A stretch of DNA of 63,268 bases, from assembly GCA_044449985.1 (NCBI GenBank), contig JBIOIQ010000005.1, positions 1 to 63,268 on the forward strand, in the 5' to 3' direction. Position numbers and translations under genes: made by a program. Origin of the DNA: Candidatus Saccharimonadia bacterium. Lineage in GTDB: Bacteria > Patescibacteriota > Saccharimonadia > UBA4664 > JBIOIQ01. Shown here piece by piece: positions 52,685 to 60,421 of the stretch (positions are counted from its first letter, which is position 1; every line of letters begins with the position of its first letter). Under the pieces are notes generated by a model. That model made no database searches. It was not told where the DNA came from and saw only the letters and a list, made by a program, of their open reading frames with translations.

Positions 52685-53479
52685 ATGAGAAATCGACTAT
52701 CCAACCGAGTCTTAATCGTACTCGTCGTAGGGTTTGTTTTGGTGCTAGCCGGTTTAGTCGGCCTGCTTCGGCCGGTTGAACGAGTTATCGGGGTGGTTAC
52801 GACTCCGGTCGCTCGCGTATTTCGTATAAGTGGTACGGGAACGGGTAGTTTTTTTAGTTTCTTTTCTCAGATTAAGAACTTAAATCAAGAAAATATTTCG
52901 CTCTCGAATGAAGTAAACCAACTCAAACTACAACTTGCGGCAGATGCGCAGATGAGGGCAGAGGACGAAATCCTAAAGCAACAACTCGGTTTCACGCAAG
53001 CTTCCACTCAAGTCACCATACCTGCTCAAGTTATAGCCTTTCAACCGGATAATTTTAGAGCTTTTATTACTATAAATCGGGGTAAACGGGATGGTCTCAC
53101 AGATGGCATGGCGGTGTTATCGGGTGGATATTTTATTGGGACTTTAACCGAAGTAAGTGATGATAGCGCCAAGGTATTTTTAACCATAGATCCAGATTTT
53201 CGGGTTGCGGTAATGGACCAGAATACTCAAGCCACCGGTCTCGTGCACGGTGAAATAGGTCAAGGTATGAGTCTCGAAGAAGTTCCCCAGGACCAAACCA
53301 TAAAACCCGGAGATACCCTGGTAACAAGTGGACTAGGGGGAGACGAGCCGAAAGGACTCGTGATTGGTCAGATTGAAACTATTAATCATCAGGATAACGC
53401 AATTTTTCAAACCGCTCAGGTCGTCGCCAACGTCAACCTCGATCAACTTGATCTAGTGTTTGTAGTGACACATTCATAA
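52685..53479 (+). CDS. mreC: Rod-shape determining protein MreC
   Basis: N-terminal TM segment, coiled coil (LNQENISLSNEVNQLKLQL) and beta-barrel domains (VLSGGYFIGTLTEV; VTSGLGG..PKGLVIGQI). Confidence 0.9.
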   Translation: MRNRLSNRVLIVLVVGFVLVLAGLVGLLRPVERVIGVVTTPVARVFRISGTGTGSFFSFFSQIKNLNQENISLSNEVNQLKLQLAADAQMRAEDEILKQQLGFTQASTQVTIPAQVIAFQPDNFRAFITINRGKRDGLTDGMAVLSGGYFIGTLTEVSDDSAKVFLTIDPDFRVAVMDQNTQATGLVHGEIGQGMSLEEVPQDQTIKPGDTLVTSGLGGDEPKGLVIGQIETINHQDNAIFQTAQVVANVNLDQLDLVFVVTHS

Positions 53480-53480
53480 T

Positions 53481-53996
53481 ATGAACGGTATTAAACTAAT
53501 TCTTATCACATTGGTGGCGGTCTGGCTGGAGGTCAGCTTTTTCGGTGCCTTGCGACCTTTTGGGATTATACCGAACGTATTTTTAGTCATTATATTAGAG
53601 GCGGCTGCCATCTTGCCCCGCTCGAGTGATGCACTAGCTATGGCGGTCGGAGGGGGGTTTTTACTTGATCTTTCAAGCGGTGTTGATTTCGGTCTGCGAA
53701 CCGGTTTTTTTACCTTTCTAACGTTACTAGTTACACTGATGCGTCGGACCGGCGCCGATTTTTCAAGAATATCGATGCGACTAACAGCTGTCATGAGTGG
53801 GACCATTCTTTATAATTTGGCGGTGCTAAGTACATTGGCTTTGTCTCACAGCACGATTCCGGTTGGGCTAGTTGCCGAAAAGATCATTATTGAAATCGTC
53901 GAAAATATCATTCTAGCAGTAGTGCTGCATTATCCAATTCGGAAACTGATTGAGAATCAACATCCGAATATTCCCGTAATTCCAAGAGTGGAATAA
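53481..53996 (+). CDS. mreD: Rod-shape determining protein MreD
   Basis: 171-aa polytopic membrane protein directly after mreC. Confidence 0.8.
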   Translation: MNGIKLILITLVAVWLEVSFFGALRPFGIIPNVFLVIILEAAAILPRSSDALAMAVGGGFLLDLSSGVDFGLRTGFFTFLTLLVTLMRRTGADFSRISMRLTAVMSGTILYNLAVLSTLALSHSTIPVGLVAEKIIIEIVENIILAVVLHYPIRKLIENQHPNIPVIPRVE

Positions 53997-53998
53997 CC

Positions 53999-56077
53999 AT
54001 GGCTCGTAAAACGAAATTTTCATATGATAATCCCGAGACATCGCAGGGACGGTGGAAGATCAAAAGAAAGTTAGCCGGTCACGAACAGTGGGTGGAAGCC
54101 GTTTTACCCGCGGAAACAAGTGTTGGTAAAGTTGAAATCGAGACCAACCGAAAACCGCTTTTGATCATGGCATCGGTGATTTTCATCTCGTTTCTTGTCC
54201 TCGTTGGCCGGATGTTCATATTAGAAGTCGTTCAAGGTAAAGAAAACTTAAGCTATGCGGATAACCAGCGCATCCGTGAAACCGTAATTCGCGCCCCCAG
54301 AGGAATTATCTATGATACTAATCATCAGGTCTTAGTTCAGAACGAGTCTAATTATGACATTACCGTTACTCCGGATGAGCTGCCTCCGGATAGAAGCTCC
54401 AGATTCAATTTGTACGCAGAGGTTGGTTCAATTATTGGCGTAAGTCCAACTAGTATTCAAAAAACTTTAGAAACTGATTGCATCGCCACCAATTCAGGTG
54501 GCGGCAATACCGCAGCGGAAGCTTTAGCCGAGTGTTTAGGAAGTTCGGAACCGGAACTGGTGGCGAGTAATATTACGCGCGATCAGGCTTTATTATTTGA
54601 TCAGCGTCTCGGGAGTTTTCCTATGTTCAGTCTGGATGTAAATCCGATTCGCCAGTATCTGGATAACTCAACGCTTGCCCAAACGCTTGGTTATACCGGA
54701 CGAATCTCACCCGATGAGTTGGCGAACGATCCAACTTATTTACCGACCGATTACATCGGCAAACTTGGTATTGAGAGTGAGTATGAAAGTTTGCTTCGGG
54801 GTATCGATGGCAGCCAACAAACCGAGGTTGATGTCACCGGCAAGCCAGTCAAGGTCTTAGCCAGTCAACCGGCAACGCCCGGAGACAACCTGGTCTTATC
54901 GATTGATATGGGACTTGAGCAGCATATGACTGATGCGATCAAGGGAGAACTGGCCGCGGCTCAGGCTAAAGGCATTAATGCCCAACAGGCTGCCGGGGTA
55001 GCGCTTGATCCCTCGACGGGCGATATTCTGGCGCTCGTGAGTCTCCCAGGTTATGACGATAACTTATTTGCGAAAGGCATATCTCAGGCCGATTACTCGA
55101 AGTTAGTTGGAAATTCTGCCCAACCGTTATTTAATAAACCCGTCGATGGAGCCTATCCAACTGGGTCAATTATTAAGCCCTTAATTGCATCGGCGGCACT
55201 CCAGGAACATATTGTGACTCCGACTACTATGGTTGATGATACCGGTCAGCTGACGATTCCCAACCCGTACGATCCGTCGAGTCCGTTCATTCAGAGAAGT
55301 TATGAGCCGGGCGGTTTTGGGTTTTTGGATATAACCGATGCAATAAGACTATCTTCAAACGTTTTTTTCTATACCATGGGTGGTGGCTATGGCAATCTGG
55401 TTGGACTCGGAGCTGAGCGCCTGACCAAATACTATGGCTATTACGGCCTTGGTAAAAAGCCGGGTATAGATCTACCCGATCAAACCGCCGGGCTAGTGCC
55501 GACGCCGTCTTGGAAGCAAAAGACCTTGAATCAGCCCTGGTATCTCTCAGATACCTACAATATTTCTGTCGGTCAAGGTGATATGCTGATTTCTCCCTTG
55601 CAACAAGCCGATGCCATCGCCGGAATTGCGAACGGTGGTACCATTTATAAACCTCACTTAGTCACGGAAGTCCTTGATAGTGGTAACCATGTTGTACAAA
55701 AGATTAAACCGCAAGTGCAGTACAAAATACCGGTCGATATTGCGAACTATAAAATTATTCAAAATGCCATGCGACTGGTAATGTCAACGCCGACGGGCAC
55801 CGGCTGTTGCCTGACGGAAAAGTATTTACCAGGGCTCGTGGCCGGCAAGACCGGTACGGCCGAAACCGGAGGATACACCGGTACGGCTCTGCCTCATGCC
55901 TGGTTTGAAGCCTATGCGCCTTATGCCAATCCTCATATCGTCGTTGTGATTATGGTTCAGAACGTTGGCGAAGGGGCCGTTTACGCACTTCCGGCAGTTC
56001 GCGAGACCCTGCAATATTACTTTTCGCAAGGAGCCGGGAAGTCATATTTGACCCAACCTTTACCACCGCAGAGCTAA
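53999..56077 (+). CDS. mrdA: Penicillin-binding protein 2 (class B transpeptidase)
   Basis: SxxK (TGSIIKP), SxN (SSN) and KTG (KTGTA) motifs, downstream of mreBCD. Confidence 0.93.
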   Translation: MARKTKFSYDNPETSQGRWKIKRKLAGHEQWVEAVLPAETSVGKVEIETNRKPLLIMASVIFISFLVLVGRMFILEVVQGKENLSYADNQRIRETVIRAPRGIIYDTNHQVLVQNESNYDITVTPDELPPDRSSRFNLYAEVGSIIGVSPTSIQKTLETDCIATNSGGGNTAAEALAECLGSSEPELVASNITRDQALLFDQRLGSFPMFSLDVNPIRQYLDNSTLAQTLGYTGRISPDELANDPTYLPTDYIGKLGIESEYESLLRGIDGSQQTEVDVTGKPVKVLASQPATPGDNLVLSIDMGLEQHMTDAIKGELAAAQAKGINAQQAAGVALDPSTGDILALVSLPGYDDNLFAKGISQADYSKLVGNSAQPLFNKPVDGAYPTGSIIKPLIASAALQEHIVTPTTMVDDTGQLTIPNPYDPSSPFIQRSYEPGGFGFLDITDAIRLSSNVFFYTMGGGYGNLVGLGAERLTKYYGYYGLGKKPGIDLPDQTAGLVPTPSWKQKTLNQPWYLSDTYNISVGQGDMLISPLQQADAIAGIANGGTIYKPHLVTEVLDSGNHVVQKIKPQVQYKIPVDIANYKIIQNAMRLVMSTPTGTGCCLTEKYLPGLVAGKTGTAETGGYTGTALPHAWFEAYAPYANPHIVVVIMVQNVGEGAVYALPAVRETLQYYFSQGAGKSYLTQPLPPQS

Positions 56078-56187
56078 ACCGGTATCGAGAGCTCTGACAG
56101 ATTAAAAAATTTGTTAAAAGATAAGCGGATTCTGATAATATAAATTGACAATAGTAACTATTGACACTTGAGGATTTGGGGGCGAAA

Positions 56188-56279
56188 ATGGAGCAGCGTT
56201 GGCACGAAATAACATCAAAGATTGCCGCGTTCAAATCACAATGTAGGTGAGCTCGGCTATCTAGCCCGAGTGTTTTTTT
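56188..56279 (+). ncRNA. Candidate small transcript or 20-aa micro-ORF with its own terminator
   Basis: Tandem TTGACA boxes lie upstream (56145-56150 and 56161-56166). The ORF MEQRWHEITSKIAAFKSQCR spans 56188-56250. A CTCGG/CCGAG hairpin plus T7 follows (56251-56279). Confidence 0.3.
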
Positions 56280-56432
56280 CTCCCTAAATCGTGAAACAAT
56301 AAGATCATGAGCATGCGCCGTAATGACAGCCAAGATAGCTGATACGGTGAAGCGCGATAAGCGTTGCATCATGATTTCATGGTTTTGAAAGAGGCACGCG
56401 ATATGAATCAGAAAAGGAGCATTAGTAAAGCT

Positions 56433-56900
56433 ATGCAAGTCAGTAAAAAAGAATTCTATTTGACGACCGAAGGTGTTGGTAAGCTTAAAGAAGAACTTAA
56501 TGATCTGGTGCATAATAAGCGAGTCCAAATTGCCGCTCGTCTTAAGGAAGCCAAAGAGTATGGCGACTTAAGTGAAAATATTCAGTGGGATGATGCCAAA
56601 GATCAACAAGCTTTTATTGAGGGCCGTATTTCTGAAATTGAGAATATTCTTAAGCATGCCAGCTTAATTGAACAGAAAAAAGGCGGAGTCGTATCACTGG
56701 GCTCAACCGTCCATCTCGAACTGGAAGACGGTGTGCAGCGTTATATTATTGTCGGATCAACTGAAGCGAACCCCGAAGAAGGACGGATATCCAACGAGTC
56801 GCCCATCGGGAAAGCTTTAATCGGTCGCAAGCCGGGTGAAGAAGTAGAAGTTATCGTTCCCTCCGGGACACTCAAGTATAAGATAACCAAGGTAGAATAA
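56433..56900 (+). CDS. greA: Transcription elongation factor GreA
   Basis: N-terminal coiled coil (LTTEGVGKLKEELNDL...AKEYGDLSEN) and a C-terminal FKBP-like domain (ISNESPIGKALIGRKPGE). I prefer the ATG at 56433. Confidence 0.92.
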   Translation: MQVSKKEFYLTTEGVGKLKEELNDLVHNKRVQIAARLKEAKEYGDLSENIQWDDAKDQQAFIEGRISEIENILKHASLIEQKKGGVVSLGSTVHLELEDGVQRYIIVGSTEANPEEGRISNESPIGKALIGRKPGEEVEVIVPSGTLKYKITKVE

Positions 56901-56932
56901 CGCGAGCCTCCTAGAATTTAAGAAGATGTTTT

Positions 56933-56955
56933 AGGGCTCACCGAGGAGCCCTTTT
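56933..56955 (+). terminator. Intrinsic terminator after greA
   Basis: GGGCTC-ACCGAG-GAGCCC hairpin followed by TTTT. Confidence 0.75.
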
Positions 56956-56991
56956 ACAAATGTTTGCGAACAATTTGTTACAATTACAACT

Positions 56992-58584
56992 ATGCAAGAA
57001 TCCTCACACTACTGGCTTAATCTGGCAACGAAAGAAATTCTCGAGCACTATCCCGTAGGAGATTTAGTTGTTTCAAGTGGTATTTCACCATCGGCCTCTT
57101 ATCACGTTGGACATTTTCGCGAAATTTTGACGGCTGACGCAATCTGTTGGGGCCTGCGCAAAAGTGGTCGAAAAGTAACGCACACACACGTGGTCGATAA
57201 TTTTGATCCGCTTCGCAAACGCTACGACTGGCTCCCAGAAAGCTATGAAAGCTATGTCGGTCAACCAATTTGTATTGTGCCTGATCCATTCGATAAATGT
57301 CGGGCGCGTCACCTTACCTACGCCGAGCATTTTTACCAAGAATTTGAGAAATACGCTCGGGCTATGGGAATTGGCGGCGAAGGCTTTAAAGTAATTCGAA
57401 GTTATGAGGATCTCTATCTCACAGGCAAGATGGCGACTCAGATAGAGAAAGTGATCGAAATGCAAAATCTAGTGCGTCAGATCTTTAAAGACATGTCGAA
57501 TCGAGAGTTGGGTGAGGATTGGCTGCCCCTACAACTACTCGGTCCGCACAAGGATTTTAATGAACTGCGTTACCAATCGATCGAAAAAAAGAACCATCAG
57601 ATCATGGGAGTCGATAGTGCCGGTACAGAAATTAATCTGGATTACTCGAAAGGCGAAGTAAAATTAAATTGGCGGCTTGATTGGCCGGCGCGTTGGCAAG
57701 TATTGGGCGTAAAAGTCGAGCCATTTAGTGCCCAGGAACATGGGGCAGCCGGGGGCTCGTATGACACCGGGGTCCGCTTTAGCCGTGAGATCTTTGGTTA
57801 TGAGCCACCTATACCTGGTGTGCGCTACGCGAACATTCATTTGGTCGGCGATAATAAGAAAATGAGTTCTTCGAAAAATAACCTGATTACTCCCGAAGAA
57901 GCGCTGCGCATCATGCCGGCCGAAATATTGCGATATTTTATCGTTCGCTCCAAACCTGATCGAACGCTTTATTTTGATTCGGGAATCGGCTTATTTAATT
58001 TGATTGACGAATATTCACAGATTGAACATAAAGCCAAAAACGGTGAAAAGTCCGAGTTTTATGATGCCTGGGAATTTGCGTCTGGTTCGAATAATACGCC
58101 ACTTGGTCAGAAGATTTCGAGCGTAGCTTTTAATCATCTAGTATCGGTTTATCAGGCGGCAAATGCTAACTCAACCGAAGCTTTAAAGATCTTAGCTCGC
58201 ACCGGTTACACGGAGGAAGTCTCCGCTCAAAAAGAGGTAATCCTAACTGAATTTAAATTCGTGGCGAATTGGCTTGAACAATACGCTCCGGAGAGCGTCA
58301 AATTTAAGATTCAAGACTCAATTCCTCAACTTGAGTTAGGTCTTAACGAGAAGAAGTTTCTAAAAAATTTATCGGAAGCGGTTGCCGCCCATAATGACAT
58401 TGATGGCAATACCATGCATAAGCTTATTTATGACTCTATCCAGAGCAGCGAGATTGCGGCAGGTGCGGCCTTTAAAGCTATATATCAGGTGATTCTCGCG
58501 AAAGATTCAGGACCTAAGGCTGGGTGGTTTCTGGCAAGTCTTGATCGTAGTTGGTTGATAGCGAGACTGGCACTACTTGCATAA
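56992..58584 (+). CDS. lysK: Lysyl-tRNA synthetase, class I (archaeal-type LysK)
   Basis: SGISPSASYHVGHFRE (HIGH region typical of class I LysRS) and KMSSSK (KMSKS), 530 aa. Confidence 0.9.
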   Translation: MQESSHYWLNLATKEILEHYPVGDLVVSSGISPSASYHVGHFREILTADAICWGLRKSGRKVTHTHVVDNFDPLRKRYDWLPESYESYVGQPICIVPDPFDKCRARHLTYAEHFYQEFEKYARAMGIGGEGFKVIRSYEDLYLTGKMATQIEKVIEMQNLVRQIFKDMSNRELGEDWLPLQLLGPHKDFNELRYQSIEKKNHQIMGVDSAGTEINLDYSKGEVKLNWRLDWPARWQVLGVKVEPFSAQEHGAAGGSYDTGVRFSREIFGYEPPIPGVRYANIHLVGDNKKMSSSKNNLITPEEALRIMPAEILRYFIVRSKPDRTLYFDSGIGLFNLIDEYSQIEHKAKNGEKSEFYDAWEFASGSNNTPLGQKISSVAFNHLVSVYQAANANSTEALKILARTGYTEEVSAQKEVILTEFKFVANWLEQYAPESVKFKIQDSIPQLELGLNEKKFLKNLSEAVAAHNDIDGNTMHKLIYDSIQSSEIAAGAAFKAIYQVILAKDSGPKAGWFLASLDRSWLIARLALLA

Positions 58585-58647
58585 GCTTGCTTTATAACAC
58601 CTGAGCTAATTTATTTCTCGCGCAATAAGGCATATAATGAATGCCAA

Positions 58648-59880
58648 ATGGTAGACCTAAAACATCTGCGCCAAAATCCGAAAGACTATATCGACTCCGC
58701 TCACTTGCGCGGAGTTACTGTTGATATCCACAAATTGCTCGAGCTTGACACCAGACGCGCAGAAATGATCGGTCAAATCGATGCCCTGCGCAGCAAACTC
58801 AAGTCTAAAGCAAAGCCAGCCGAAAAAGAGCGAACCGAGCTTCAGGCGGCCAAAGTTAAACTCGAAGCACTGGAAGCAGACTTTATACCGGTTGATGCGG
58901 ATATAACCGAACTGCTATGGCGCATTCCCAATTTGATTGCTGACGGTACGCCTCATGGGGGAGAAGAAGCCAATAAAGAGCTGCGAACTTGGAAACCGGC
59001 AGAGAACTCTAAGGTAAAAGCTCCTAAGGATCATTTGAGTTTGGCGATCGAAAAAGATTTACTCGATTTTGAACGTGGGGCGAAAGTTGCCGGAAGCAAG
59101 TTCTTGTTTACCAAAGGCGCAACAATTCGACTTGAGATGGCGGTCATGAGACTGGCGATAGATGTGGCCGAAGCAGCCGGTTTTACCATTATGGGTGTAC
59201 CCCACATGGTCAATGATCGGATTGCGGCGGGGACCGGATTCCTGCCTCGAGGTGAAGAAGCTCAGATTTACCGCGTTGAAGGGCAGGATTTGAACTTGAT
59301 TGCGACTGCCGAACTGCCTCTGACTGGATATCACGCGGATGAAATACTGGACCCCGAGAAATTGCCCATTTTGTATGCGGGCATTAGCCCTTGCTATCGG
59401 CTCGAAGCCGGTGCTTATGGCAAACATAGTAAAGGATTTTATCGGGTGCATCAGTTCGATAAGCTTGAGATGTATGTCTACGCCAAAGCCTCTGAGAGTA
59501 GTGACTGGCACGAAAAACTACTAGCCATTGAGGAAGATATTGTTAAGATGCTGGAAATTCCCTACCGGGTTGTTCGAATAGCTGCCGGGGATTTGGGCGC
59601 TCCGGCCTATAAAAAATACGATATTGAGTACTATAGCCCGGTCGATAAAACTTACCGCGAACTGACCAGTTGCTCTAACTGTACCGATTTTCAGGCTCGA
59701 CGGCTCGCAATCAGAACGCGGGGCGCCAATGGGCAAACCGAGTTTGTGCATACCTTAAACGGGACTGCTATTGCTTTTAGCCGAGTGTTTATAGCATTGC
59801 TCGAAAATCATCAAACCGAAGATGGTTCAATTGCGATACCGGCGGCATTACAATCATATTATGGAGGCAAGACCCTATGA
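58648..59880 (+). CDS. serS: Seryl-tRNA synthetase
   Basis: N-terminal coiled-coil arm and class II motifs (FYRVHQFDKLEM, TLNGTAIA). Confidence 0.95.
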   Translation: MVDLKHLRQNPKDYIDSAHLRGVTVDIHKLLELDTRRAEMIGQIDALRSKLKSKAKPAEKERTELQAAKVKLEALEADFIPVDADITELLWRIPNLIADGTPHGGEEANKELRTWKPAENSKVKAPKDHLSLAIEKDLLDFERGAKVAGSKFLFTKGATIRLEMAVMRLAIDVAEAAGFTIMGVPHMVNDRIAAGTGFLPRGEEAQIYRVEGQDLNLIATAELPLTGYHADEILDPEKLPILYAGISPCYRLEAGAYGKHSKGFYRVHQFDKLEMYVYAKASESSDWHEKLLAIEEDIVKMLEIPYRVVRIAAGDLGAPAYKKYDIEYYSPVDKTYRELTSCSNCTDFQARRLAIRTRGANGQTEFVHTLNGTAIAFSRVFIALLENHQTEDGSIAIPAALQSYYGGKTL

Positions 59881-60248
59881 TCCAACTTCAGATTAGTGGT
59901 AACAATTATGAGCTGAATGATAATATCGTCGATTACGTCGAGACAAAAATTGGCGAACTTGAGAAATATCTCCCGCGCTCAGTCCGAGACGGGGTCAGAG
60001 CGACTGTCACCTTGATCACCGATCAATCTGGTCGGGAAGATAATCAATCGATCTGTGAAGTGGCCATTTTAGTCAAAGGCAGTAAATTGCAAGCAAGAGA
60101 AGCGACTATTAACATGTTTGCCGCGGTTGATATTGTCGAGCAAAAGCTCAAAAGCCAAATCCTGAAGTATAAACAGAAAACCTCGCCTCGACAAAATCGG
60201 GCAAAAATATTCGTTTCAAAAATAATGGGTCGCGCGGCCGAAGAATAA
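59877..60248 (+). CDS. hpf: Ribosome hibernation promoting factor (HPF/RaiA family, short)
   Basis: MIQLQISGNNYELNDNIVDYVETKIGELEKY N-terminus and a DIVEQKL element. Confidence 0.88.
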   Translation: MIQLQISGNNYELNDNIVDYVETKIGELEKYLPRSVRDGVRATVTLITDQSGREDNQSICEVAILVKGSKLQAREATINMFAAVDIVEQKLKSQILKYKQKTSPRQNRAKIFVSKIMGRAAEE

Positions 60249-60421
60249 CGCTTAAAAAAGTCTAGAGCTCGACTCGACGAAGCGGCCCGTTTTGCGCTAC
60301 AATGGTGCTACTTTGGCTGCTGAGACGATCGATTTAGTTTTTACAATTGTTTGGGATTTTAAGAAAAAATATAAAGAATAATCTTAAAGGATTCTTTCGC
60401 TAGTCCGAGAGAAATTAAGCA

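Noticed and set aside
55950-56528. A 192-aa minus-strand ORF spanning the PBP2-greA gap.
   Set aside because: It overlaps the 3' end of PBP2 by ~130 nt and the 5' end of greA by ~95 nt, in antisense. It has hydrophobic/Ser-rich random-like composition and no SD.
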